Below, in pieces: positions 50,290-62,708 of a stretch of DNA of 64,000 nt (positions are counted from its first letter, which is position 1; each line of letters begins with the position of its first letter). The stretch lies in contig DF237390.1 in the NCBI GenBank assembly GCA_000708835.1, positions 12,824 to 76,823 on the forward strand. Direction: 5' to 3'. The notes under the pieces were generated by a model. It was not told where the DNA came from. It was given only the letters and a program-made list of their open reading frames with translations, and did no database searches. The position numbers were made by a program, and so were the translations under genes. This DNA is from Klebsormidium nitens. Lineage: Eukaryota > Plantae > Klebsormidiophyceae.

Positions 50290-53200
50290 ATGATGGCGCA
50301 AGCAACATGTGCCTTCACGCAAAATGCAGTTGCAACGACGGCCCATGTTGCTCATGCTCAATGCAGACAGCACGTTGGACCTCAGAGATGTCTCCCTCTC
50401 TTCGTGCATTGCATTGGCTGCCAACACCACAATTCGGTCACGAAATCGTCCAATAGCTCAGCAATGTGGGGTGGAAATGTGCACAAAGAAGAAGCGGGTC
50501 AGTCTAGAAGGCTGCATTGGCGGCAGGGCACTTCCAAACCTGGTGCAATTGTAGCGACTGCGGAAGCGGCTGTAGAGACCAAGATGGAACCAGCAACTGG
50601 GGTCAAATTTGCAAAGCAGAGTGTGACTCCGGGAAGCGACGAGCTTGAGCTGCTCGGAGCAGGTGAGGCTGTGAGGGATTTTATCCCAATTTTATGCCTT
50701 GCAGCATTGTAGATCCTGGAGTAGGAGGAGCTTGCTGAAATGCCTCTTCCAACTCTGGCTGGTTTGCTCCTGTTCCTGTCTTTTCAAAAATCACCATAAC
50801 CTGCTCTGGTATACATATTATCTTGCAAATGTATTTCATGTTGGTGTGCCATCAACGGGGGCACTTCATGTACTCCTCAAGAAAGTTTCCTTCATCTTCT
50901 GGTTTGGAAGCACCTGTCACAGCGTCACATTGCAAAGTAATAACTCCGTGGGTCTTGTGCCATACGTGTAATGCCAGCATACTTCCTTCGCTCATGGAAC
51001 CTAACTTCAATGTTGGTCGATCAAGATAGCTGAGTCAATTTTGAAGCAAAGCAGCAGGTGGGATCACTGCCACCAGTTATTCAGCCTTGGCAAAACCACT
51101 TCGGGAGTACCTAGGCCGGATTGCAGAGGTCAAGTTGCTCATGATGCAACAGGGTTGGCTTGGCAGTCAAATTGGTGTTCAATCTGGCAGTGACAACCGA
51201 ACTGCTGTCTTACACTTCCAGCTTGACAAGCCTGCATCAGGATGACTCAAATGTTACAACCGTGGCTTTCTGCTTTTTGGTGTGGCACTGTGCTTGATAG
51301 CAACATTGGAACCTTGTACGGTGTCAATGAAGCCTCCGAGGATACGATGGTGCATGAGCAGCGAGTCTCTCAGAGGCAGCAGATGAATTCATCAATGGCT
51401 CTGTCGGCAGGTTACGGAATTGTAAGGAAACATACATTGCAGTAGAAAACCGATTGATGAAGGGAAACAGTGGGGCTGCGTCGCCACCACTCAAGGAAGA
51501 TTCCCTGCCTGGCCTGGAGCACCGACACTCTACCGGGACTCCCGTTCATGGAGACATCATGCTAATGCGAAACATCCCAAAGGACAAGCATGGAACGGAG
51601 CCTTTCCCTGCTTCTCCAGTCAGGCTTCCTATGTCACAGGCCTTCCTGAAGCTTTCTTTGTGTATGCTGGACAGCGCTTCAGCAAGCACTGCTCAATGAC
51701 ATCATCTGATGGCCCTGTCTTCCTGTAACAGGAGTGCGGGAGAAGAAGGTTGTGCTAGTGAACGTAAAGGTGTATGCGGTGGCCTTCTACGTTGGCGACC
51801 GGGGGATCCATAAGCTGGGGCCCTGGAGGCACACAAGCGCGGACCAGCTCAAAAAGGATGAGAACTTTTACAAGCTGCTGGCAGATGGTGAGCACCCCTG
51901 GGAATTGACTGTGGCTTGGATTTCTCAGAGTGTGACAGTAGTTCTCCTCCAAGCGCTTGCGTTTTGTTGCACGTTCAATTGGTGCAGTGTACAGAAAAGG
52001 GCAGCCTTCTTTGAGTCTAAGAGGCCAAAACTTCAGAGACTCGTGAAAGACACGCAATCCTGAATTCCATCTGCGTCTGCACATGTCTTTCAATCTGCAG
52101 AGTCTCAGGATTGAGTTCGCCAATCGTGCTTGGTCCTTTGAACCTCGCTTGTCCCCGACCCTCAAGCCCTATACCAAGACTTCAGGCAAGGTTGTGATCT
52201 TGTCGGCGTCTGTTTCTTAGTCCAAGTTCCTTGCATTACGTCCCTATTCAGACTGACCAAGCTTGCAGCATCCCTACATCTTTCACACTTTTAGAGTCCC
52301 CCCACCAAGCAACTATTGAGTGCTGCTAAGGGTAACGTAATGCTATCAACTGCCGCGTTACTATTCTAAACTTTGCTTCCAGAGTCAGGGCAGTACACAC
52401 TTCCGTTCATGAAACCGGGGAAGAGCGCAAGCTTTCAGAACGCTGTAGAATGCCCCTCCGACCGTTTTTGTTGTACAAGTAACAACGCGCTTGAAATGCA
52501 GAGAGATCGGAGACTCATGGAGAATCTGGATGCTTAGACACCTCCCTTAAACTCCCTTACGCCTCCCTTTCCTTTTTCTACCAATCTCGACAGCTTTTCT
52601 CATCCCACATCCCGCTCGTGCCCCTGTGCAGGTGACTTCGCCAAGCAGTTGCAGATCGTCCTGGCCCGTGACGTGACTGGCGACCAGTTTTACGGGGCGC
52701 TCGAAGAAGCTCTTGCGCCCCGGGTTGCAGCCGCAGGGGCCGGGGCCGACGGGCAGGCTGCGATGGGCCAGTTCGGAAACGTCTTCAAGGGGAAGTCTCT
52801 GAAGAAGGGCACCGGCATTTTCCTCAGCTTTGAGAAGCCAGACATTCTCCACGTGAGTAAGAGGATAAGCAAACGGGCTTGCTCGTTTTACCCGCTATGT
52901 AGCAGGCAGCTTTGGCCGGAAGTATGGCAATCTGGATTCAGATGTTCTTGCCACACCTTGAAAACTTAGTCGAGGAAGAGGAGGGCGCCGTACATTCCGA
53001 GCTTTTTCGATTTAAACCCCGTTTGGCATGCTGATGGACAGGAATCGTTGCGCTGCTGTTGCCTTAACGAGAACTGCTCCGCAGGCATTGTGGCACAGGT
53101 GCAGTCCCTAATCAATCTTATCCTCCAATATTTTGAAGCCGTCGTTAGACCCCTTGGTATTCCTGGGTGTCTGCCGTCTAACCGTTCGATCGTCCAGCCC

Positions 53201-53508
53201 TATGCCCTTGATGGGCACAAGCTTTTTCAAAAGTCAGCATCCTTCAATCTGCAAGCGCAACAGAGCATGGCCTCACTTTGTTCTGTTCAGCTCACGTTAT
53301 TTTCTGCTCTGAACCGACGTGCTTAAACTCCTCACAGATTGGAGTTGTCGACGATGCGTCAACTCTGCAACCGCCGGAGAACACGGAGGCGTCCATTGCC
53401 TCGGGCCCACTGATCAAGGCCTTATTCGACGTCTTTCTGGGACCCAACGCCGTCTCCCCGTCTCTTAGAGAATCCATTGCCGATGGGGCCGCCGAGTTTC
53501 TTGCATAG
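50290..53508 (+). CDS. FAP3: Chalcone-isomerase-fold fatty-acid-binding protein, FAP3-like, probably plastid-targeted
   Basis: Exons 50290-50662, 51732-51887, 52632-52852, 53338-53508. Motifs EPATGVKF, LLGAGVREKK..VKVYA, LQIVLARDV, ALFDVFLGPNAVSPSL, recalled as matching FAP3. Confidence 0.85.
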
Positions 53509-54293
53509 TCGCTTGGGAGCAGTCACTTGCTTGGCAGTCCACCTCCCCGGGAAAATGGTAGAAAACGGAGTTTTCCCGACGTGTTGCATAGATGTACATA
53601 GAGCCGGTGCATTTGCGGTGATCGATTGTGTTTGAGGAGTGAGGCTACATTGTAGCCACACCGCACCGGCCAAGTTATTGAATTGAGTGTGCTACAACGG
53701 ATATGCGGAACATCCGTCTCTGTAAACAGCCGACGAACCTTTTGATCAGGCTGGCCAACGACCCTTGACGGCGGGCCAGATATGTACGTTTGCTCAGCTT
53801 GGTCAGACACTTCGCATTTGCTCTCAAAGCTAGAACGATGGGCACGAGCCCTTGATGTGTTGTGCTCTTTCATGCAAGATTCCCAATCGTTATACATGTA
53901 TATATCAGCTACAAGCCGCCGGTCCAGATATATATTCGTGCTTTCACATGGGCATGAATCAGCTTAGAATTAGCGTGCTCTTGTGCACCTGACCCAATGC
54001 CATGGCAGAGTCTGCCTAGCTCTCAAGCAGGCAGTAAGCAGGTTTTGCGGCTCAGTATGTACAGGAAACCAGGCTTGTTCCTCGCAAGTTTGAGAGAGAC
54101 ACTTGCTACTTCGTCCTTTCGTCAGTCATCCATCATCGAAGTTCCAGTCTTCAGAAAGCAGTCCTCACCCTCTATCCAATACTAACGCGCGTCCAAGAAA
54201 CGTTTGTCGTTTGTATCTCTTGCAATTTCAGTCAGTGCCATCCTCGACACAGGCTCGATCCGGACTACATTTACGCGAAGCTCCTCCTTGCAT

Positions 54294-57200
54294 TTACGAG
54301 AAGCCGCTCATATCTCTCGGTTTAAGTAGCCAATCTGCGAGGGGGCTCGGCGGCGCACGGACCGTTTGCCACGTGGCCTGGTAGGCACTAGCTGCGGCCT
54401 TTGCTTCGCGACACGTGGCGGCTCGCAAATGGTCGCGATGGGGAAAGTACGCCAACAGGGGCTTGAAACGCTCCAACATGGAGGCGCTGCAAGAAGCAAA
54501 AGTAGAAGCCACTTAAGCTGAGCACGGTTCTCGAGAGAAGTGAATGGTGAAAACCGTTGTGCCACCGCCAAATGTGATTGGACCGAACAAAGGTTGCGAA
54601 TGACCAGCTGCGAAGGGGCTATGTGCACACATTATAAGGCCGCTTATTGAGCGAACAACATCAGAGCAGAGTCACGACGTCGAAGCAGTCAGCTTCTCTC
54701 AATGTCAAAATCATGGGTCAAAACTTCAACAAGGACTCCTCGTGAAAGGTTCAAAGACTCCGATGACTTTTGGCGCCTCATCAACACGCATCCACAGGGG
54801 CGTACATCAGACAGGTAAAGGCAACGCTAGATCCATACAGATGACCGTTCTTTTCTTGAGCACCTATCAGGCCCCATACTTTGGCACAGCTTCAAGAGCT
54901 TCGGTGTTGTCTGCGAAGAGCAAAGGGGCACCGCCTCGGTTGACACATCAATCAGCAACTTCTGTCGCAAAGCTTTCAGTAATCGCTGAGCAACTCTCCC
55001 AGCGGGTCACAAAGAAAGGAAGAGAGCGGCAGCAGCTCGCATTGGCTTGGTCCAACAGCGGACTCCAGGACAGCATCCGGTATAACCGTTCCGTTCCCAA
55101 CCCTCAAAATCTGAGGCCCTGTTCACATAAAAGTCGGCGCTTTTACCTGCAGAGCGCCGAGCGCGTTTTGGGCGACAGGGCCCCCTTGGCCGAGGTCCCC
55201 TGCTTGCGGCCGATGACGCCCAGGATGACCTCATGGCCTCCGTCAGCCGTCCAGCTGATTGAGTTCCTGCAGGCAACAACTCTCAACCTTTCAAATCTAC
55301 TTTGCCTCGTTGGTTAGATTTGTTCGCATACTAGCGCATACAGGATTCTATGCAGCCAGCTGAGAATGTGAGAATCAGAACAAAGTGGCGCACACTTCGG
55401 TTCTGGTTTTGGTAGACTAGCCGGAGACTAGGTAGCCCGCGAGACTTTCGGAGCGAAAGAAGGATGATTGTTCCGAAGAACCCCCGCTGTATCCTTCAGG
55501 CGAGACAAGCTACTCCGTTCTCCGCTGACGTCATCAACGTCAGTGGGGCGCATTCACACTCTCACCCGCAAGCCGGTCGATCCTCATTTTCCGGACACCG
55601 CGAGAGCTCAACAGGAGCCTCCGGAGCTTCCATGATGACAGGCTGCAAAACCGTTGGTGCAGATTGCGTGAGCTGTTCTTGGAGGCGTACTCGTCGAAGG
55701 AGACCTAATGCTTCGGAAGACCAGGACCCGGCTTTCGCTTCGCGGCCTCCGGAGGGGCTAGGAAAATCCGGATTCAGAAACGGCGGTGCGCTTTTGAAAA
55801 GGCAAATGTGATCGGCCTCATGCAGAATCGCAAGAAAAGCTGCTTTGATTCAGGCTTTGTAGACCTACATTAAGAAGCGGGTCCGCAGTAGGAGCGGATG
55901 AAAAGACATCAATGCGGTAATTCCACTTGAAGGAGGAAAGCGCCGCCTATGATCATTACGGAGACCGGGTTCATTACGGACAGGGTTTCCTGGGTAACGA
56001 CCGGAGTCGATTATGCTTCCCATAGGCATTCTAAGGCGGACCCGAACACTCTTGTGATGTTACACGGGTTGATTCCAAGCAGGAAACTCGGCCTGACAGC
56101 TAAGACGAGACACGCTGACCGCTCAAAAGCCTCACTCTTTGGAACGCGAATGGAGGCGCCAAGTCGGCCGCGGCCGCGCACGCCGCCACCCGGCCGTGAA
56201 CCGCCCGCCAAAGCGCCTCTCCGTCGAAGCCGAGCTGCGAGTCCCGGGCTACAATAACGCTCGACAAGTAAATGGGCTCCGCCAAAAAGTGCGTCAGGAG
56301 GGCCCCTGCAAGATCAAAATGTGCGCGTTCTGAGAGTTCTTCTTTTGCGCGCGTTCAGTGATTTCTTCAAAAGTCCGCACGTGCTGAGAGTTTCCCGGAG
56401 TGCGCACGCTCTTAAATTCATCGTCCTCTGTGCGCGATCTGAAAGCCTTTTTCCAACGTGTGCTCTTTCAGATGGGAATTGTGATTTGGTTCCAGAGCTT
56501 TACCTTCTCTTGTCTCTGGGCACTTTCCGCGTCTCTCCTTTTCTTTCCTTTTCTAGTCTAGTGAACACCTGTTCTGTCGCATTTTTCTTCCGTTCTCTGA
56601 CCCACCAGCTTTTCGAAGGTCTGACGCAAAAGCCCTGTAAGGACTGCTTCGCTTCGCTCACTATTGCAGCTCGACTGCCTGCCCCAAACTCGAAAAGTTT
56701 GTAATCAACTGAGGCCCTCACAAACCATCCCGCTTGACGCTGTCTGGTGCGGTCTCCACGGTCTCTAGTTCCTTGTTTCGAGGCGCCTCGTTCTATAGAA
56801 ACAGCAGTCACCAACAGCCCAGTCCGGCAAATTCATTACGAAAGGCCAAGAATTGCGCACATTCCCGTATCCTCTTCACCGCATCAAACCTGTCGTCCAA
56901 CTCTCTGCATCCCCTTTTTAGGTGATCTTGGATCCCGTTCGAGGAATGGAGGGAAGGACGCCCATTGCAGTCCCAACCCCTTACAATTTTCTTCTCACCT
57001 TGCAGTCCCAGCACGTTCCATTTGGCCAGCTTATCGCTGCAGCTCATGGACAACGTTGGGTCCCCCCGCCCCGGCTTCCGCCGCGCCAGCCCCGCCGCTT
57101 GCAAAGTCACCCATCCCGTTTCCTGCCCCACCCGATCTTCCTCTCCATTCGCCGCTAGTTGCGATTGGCCCCCCGAGGCCTCCGCTTCCGTGTTGTCACC

Positions 57201-60200
57201 GGAACTTCCCAGCCCCTGCCGGCCATCTTCTTCCACTCCTGGTCGCAATCTGCCCCCCGAGGTTGTCGCTTGGCCGTCAATCTCACGAGTGTCTTCCGAG
57301 TGCTCTGTTTGGGAGATACTCCCCCGGGTTTCTGCTTCCATCAAGGCGCTTGGGACGCCCCCAAATCCCGTGCTGGCTTTAGTCGAGCGCATTTGCTGTG
57401 AGGTTCCCCCACAGGTCCCTGCTTCCTTTTCGACGGAGGCAACACCTTCACTAGCGCAACCTGCTTGCCTGCTTCTTTCCTTTTCGGGGAGCTCGTCCTC
57501 ACTGGTTACTGCCTTTACGCAACTCATTTCGTCCACCATTTGCTCAGAATCCCCCCCGAATCGCCCCATATTTCCATCCGGTTCCACGTCACCATCTTCC
57601 GCCAAGTTCCTGCTGTAAACACGTCCATTGTGCCAGTCTGTCATTCCTTCTCTTCCGGCGACCTTTGTACAAGCCCCGCTGTCCGGAGCTCTTTTCTCTG
57701 ACCCACTCCCCCATTCGGTCGCACCATTGCCTTGACAGTCTGCCCTGCCACACCCCTCCTGGTTCTCACGCTCTTGCACTCCATTTTCAGCAAACCTCCG
57801 CTCACATCTACTTTCAACTTCTGCCAACCGCAAGTCAGTTCGCTTGGCAGAGACCGGTAGGTACGCCAACTTAGCCCCGGTGAAGCGCACCGAATTTCCA
57901 GCCCCCGAAGCGCCCGCCTTGCCTGTATCCGGCTCGGTGCTCGGTAGGGATTCGGTGTGAGCAGAGAATTGGTTGGTAGACAGGGCAACGAGGGCTTCGC
58001 CAACGGTTTCTGAGTCAGCAGATTGCGAGGACGAAGAGATGCAGGCGTCACCGCCTGGGAAGAGGAAAGCAGTTTCAGTCAGATTTGAATGTGAAGGTCA
58101 TTTGATGTCAAGCTTGTCGCAGGAGTGGAAGGGGAACGCTCATCAAAGCTGGGAATTGGAGGCTGGACGAACATCTCTCTTTGCTACCTTTCGAAAGGTC
58201 AGTTCGTGTGGCAGAAGTCTGGCAGAATAAGGACCCATTTGAGAAGCCTACGACAGTTCCTACGTATGTTCAAAGATCGAGGCACCGTGTGTCTCCAGAC
58301 TGCACGAGCGTATGCGGCGCAACATGGAATTGTCCTGAGAGCACTTCAACCAGCATTCCCACAGTTTGACCTCACGAAAGTCGTCCCTGCGATACAAAAT
58401 ACAGTCTTTCCATTGTAGCCGTTACTCACAGGGCGCTTGGCTGACGTACAGATGCAGCTTAAGCCCAGGCTTCAGCCGGAATGCCTTCCTCTCTTCCTCC
58501 GTGCCTTCGTCTGCAACTTTCATGCACAGTAAGAGCGGCCCTTGCCCAGCTCTCCGCTTGTCAACCTTCACATCATCCGTGTCGTCTGTTGCTTCCGAGA
58601 GGAGCACTTCAAGGTCGCGGTACAGCAGCCTGTAACAGAGGCAGCAAAGGCACTGCTTGGTGTTTCGATGCAAACACGCAGTCAAGCACGATTCCTTGTA
58701 TCTCATCTGCTTTCCACTGAGAGCGATGTCTGGGCGCTTTTCATTTATTGGGGACCGTTCGGGAGTCATCATTTCACGTCAAATGTATTGTTGCATGCGA
58801 CACGCTTGATCCGCAAAGCTTGCCTTGCCAAAGAACCCAGTTATTTGTTTTCTCGTGTCTATTTCAAATTGACACAGTCTTTTGCAAGTGCGTCCTGAAT
58901 CACATTTTTTTTTGCGAAGTCTTTTTGTTCACCACTTGTGACGAGTGGAAACCAGAAGGCCGGTAGAGAAGGGAAAGCATAGCACAGAAACAAAATGAGC
59001 AACTCTGTATTTTGGCGACGCCTCGGATTTCAGTCATCGCATGCTTGAAACATATTGGACTTGCGAGACTGCTCTTGTTTGTTTTCATCAGCTCTATTAC
59101 CTCTGCAGGCCCCTCTTGGCAATCACTTCCGCATGAGAATCGTTGACGACGTCCCCCGCAGGGCTGAGCCTGCTCCTGCCCAGGCACTTTGTGCCTGTCC
59201 CAATGGAGACCACCCAGGACTCTGCGCAGTCGATAAGATCCAAGTCAGCAATCTAAAAAATTGTATCGCCTGCATCGAGTCATCATGTGATAGCTGCGTC
59301 AGCAAACCAGCATTGCACGCTTCTGAGAACATGCTTTTCAAGACAGTGACAAGACCGAGAGCTGTCAGCAAACGTATCCGCCCTGAGTCTGCTGCTCTTT
59401 GGATTGAGTACAGGAAGAAGGATCACCAGCCTGTTTCCAGCGCAAACTGTCACTCTGGAAAAAAAGTTGGCAGAAAGCGAACGAAAGAAGAAAGGAAAGG
59501 CGGTGCAATGCTCAGTCAGTCAGCGACTGGGTTCCACAGTCACTATTAGATGTGGGCAAGAATGGTGCACAATTCTCTTATGGGCCAATATATGGGCCAA
59601 TATCCAACCAGTGATAGGCTTCAAGTCAAAACTTATGGTGTCCTAAGGTGTTCCTGTATTCCTGACTGTCTGTAAATGAGGACCAGCCGCTAGAAGGCGT
59701 CAAGCAACTGAATGCGGGAAAGTATGAGGCACACAGCAAACAGAACGTTTCCGTGCCAGCTAGTTCAGCTGCATGCCACAGTTCTCCAGCACTAATGATA
59801 AACTTCGTCATTAACCCTAGTTTTATTGCAACAGTTCCTGCACAACTTGGGCGAGGCAACCCAAGACTCCTGCACACCTGCTTCCCCTTTGAGGAAGCTT
59901 GCTGTTAAAGATAGTACACTTTGTCACAATCATCCCTGCATCATGAGGTGCCGGAGCGCTACACAAAACAGTTTCAGGAAGAATTGCTAACAAATTGTGT
60001 ATCAACATAAGCGGATCGAACTTTGCCCAAAAGCTGTTCTCTTAAAAGACAGAATAGGATATGGTCATTTGGTTTACTCGAAAACTGGAAACTATCTTTT
60101 GCTAGAGATTTCTGATATAAAGGGCAAAGCCATCTACAACTCTGTCTTACCTGATTTGCAGTCCGATGAAGTTGCAACTATGGCGGCCAAGCATGTAAAC

Positions 60201-60289
60201 TCCTGTCCCGAGGGCTTGCCAGACTTTTTCAAACTGCCGTAAGCTTTCAAAGCACAGGCGCTGATATCCATTGCTATTTGCCCCTCCAT
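54294..60289 (-). CDS. TAD1: tRNA-specific adenosine deaminase 1 (A37 deaminase, ADAT1/TAD1)
   Basis: Exons 60289-60151, 59221-59101, 58629-58430, 58054-56999, 56305-56136, an unresolved short exon near 55815-55728, 55266-55147, 54486-54294. Motifs [54 protein letters not shown]. No dsRBDs were seen. A long low-complexity insert lies within exon 4. Confidence 0.9.
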
Positions 60290-60936
60290 CTTGTCACACT
60301 TAAGCAGCAAGATCATGCAGCTCCCAATCATCAGCCAACGCTTGAGCGACACTGTTCAACGGAGATCAAACCTCTCACATTGCGTCACCCTGTGCAAAAA
60401 CTGATGATTCTTCCGATTAAGCAGGAAAAGACATGGGCCGTGTTCTGTAGTTCTCTCCAAGCGCCTGAGACAGCCGCTTTGAGCAGGACTTGGCGCCGAC
60501 AGAATGCATTTCGCATGTGCTTGCCTACAGTGCTTCGACAGATCCAGAGGGATCACCTGGTAATGGCCTGTGAATGAAGGATCCGGAGCGTTGCGCTCCG
60601 GTCTCAGCCGTCAATGCAACCGTCGGCGTCGGCGTCAGCGCTATCAATCGGGTATTTGAACGGATATCACCTACCGTACGGTATACCTACTCTGGTTGGC
60701 CGGGTACAAAGGCGAACTGAACCGTCAATGGTCACGCTCCGTAGCCTTAGGATTGTGCACCGTGCTTTCACAAAATCAAATTTTATTATTAATTACGATT
60801 ATATTTAATCAGTAAAAATAAAATGCATGGTCCACCTGACCTCTCCCCATTGACAGGGCATTGACAGTGGCATCAAATTCAGAAGCTGGACCCGCATTGA
60901 ACTTGTGAAAGGTTTCTCAGCCCGCGTGCAAAAGAA

Positions 60937-62708
60937 ATGGCTTCCAGACAAGCCCTCACCGACCTTCCTGACCTGATCCTCGAGCAGATCTTCTCCTGCA
61001 TCGACGTGTTTGGGAGGGAGTCTGACCGCCTGTCCTTCTCCCGCGTCTGCAGAAAGTTCCGAGACATCGAGCGGAGGCGGACAGTCTTGGAGCTCATAAG
61101 CTTGAATTTCTTCGGCGCCAACCCCGTGAAGGCGCTCCCGTTGTACCCCAATCTGACGGCATTGAAGGCGGATGCGACCACGTGCACGCGGTGGTTCGGT
61201 GGCCAGTTTGGGGAGGTGCACAATTCACGACACTCGTTCAGGCTGCTACATTTGGACTGCAAAAACGTCTACAATCTGCACCCTTTGTTCCATGACCTGA
61301 TGCCGGGGGTTCCCAACCTGGTTCGAGACAGCTGGCGGCCCGAGGGCGCCCCAACGGGGCCTAGGGGAACCCTAGAGGAACTGGTGATAAGCGGTAGGGA
61401 CGGGCTGGACCTCACATGTGTTCGAGACGAGTCTCCGGATCTGAGTTGGCCCAATTCTGCGGGCGGGGTCGCATCGGGGCGGCTGCGAAAGCTCACACTC
61501 TCCGGCACGTCGAAGAACGGGTATCAATTGATCTTCGACGCCCTCGGCCCAGCGTTGGTGTCGCTGGATGTCTCCGGGTTGAAGCGCGGCAACTTTCGCG
61601 ACTCGCAGATCCGTGTGGGCGAGTTTGTGGAGGACGGGATTCTAACCCAATTGGCGGACCAGTGTTCAAATCTGAAGGAGCTGTTCCTGGGGCCGGGGCG
61701 TTCGGGGAACTCCTTTCTGAAAGGGCTAGAGGCCATAGCGGAGAAGTGCGTGCAATTGGAGACGCTTGGGCAGGACACTCAAAGGGGCGGGGGCCGGTGT
61801 GTTTGGCCGAGGTGTGAATGGGCTACAGATGGAGCTCTGGCCGTTCTTTCGAGCAAGGCCAAGAGCTTGACTCACTTATCCTGGGGCGGCTCTACGGGAT
61901 TGACCGCTCGGGGTCTGCTTGCGTTGCGGTCTGGTTTGGCTGCCCAACTCAAGGTGCTGACCATTTCTTGCCGCAGCATTGCCATGGAGTCGGTAGATGC
62001 ATGTCTAGGGGCCGCGAACGGTTTGGAAGACTTGTGCCTCGAGCCTTCATATGGTAGGAATACCTGCAGCTTCTTACGGCAGATGCGCACGTTGACATCC
62101 TTAGTCCTCCTGAGTGGCAGCAGCCAGGCGACAATAAAAGAGGTGGCGACAAATTGCTCAAGTCTGAGAGAGTTGCACTTTCCTTGTGCGGTCGATTGCG
62201 ATGAGCGATGCTCCGTGGAACTCTTCACGGGGTGCCCGTTGGTTCCAACTTGAGCATCGTAGAGACGGGGAAGTATTCAGTACCGTTGACCAGTCTTGCT
62301 CATCTTGAGCGCTTGGAGTCCTTGGTCATCACGGACAATCCGCAGGAAGCGGCACTTACCGACGAACTCCTTCTGCATCTGGTGCACAGGAATGCAAAGC
62401 TCGCAAACCTAGAAATCAGGACAGCTGGTGTAGGCTTGACAGACACGGGCGTGTTTAGGGCCATCTCCACTAGTAAGAGTCTGACCAACTTATATTTTTG
62501 GCAGTGCCAAGCTCTCACCAAGGATGTAGTTTTGCTGTTGGCAGAAAACGAATTGCTGAACCAGTTAGAGATGTACCTTGATGCGAAAGTGGGCGGCCCC
62601 TTCTCGGAAGCCGATGCGAGCAAATTCTCACAGAACTCCAGTAGGATAAAACTCCTGGTTTGGGGGAAATTTATGGTTAAGTGCAGGTATGTTCCTTGGT
62701 TGAGCTGA
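60937..62708 (+). CDS. F-box / RNI-like LRR protein with an apparent 1-nt frameshift near 62243 (pseudogene or sequence error)
   Basis: ORF 60937-62253 (F-box LTDLPDLILEQIF..DRLSFSRVCRKF plus Cys-containing LRRs) continues in another frame to 62708. Adding one T at GTTCC gives GCPLVSNLSIVETG. Confidence 0.78.

Noticed and set aside
60580-60605. Hairpin ccggagcg-ttg-cgctccgg as a Helitron end or terminator
   Set aside because: The stem is only 8 bp, there is no CTRR terminus at the expected distance and no matching 5' end was found.
60937-62708. Assignment as a TIR1/COI1 orthologue
   Set aside because: The F-box resemblance is generic, and I could not identify the diagnostic hormone- or inositol-phosphate-binding residues.
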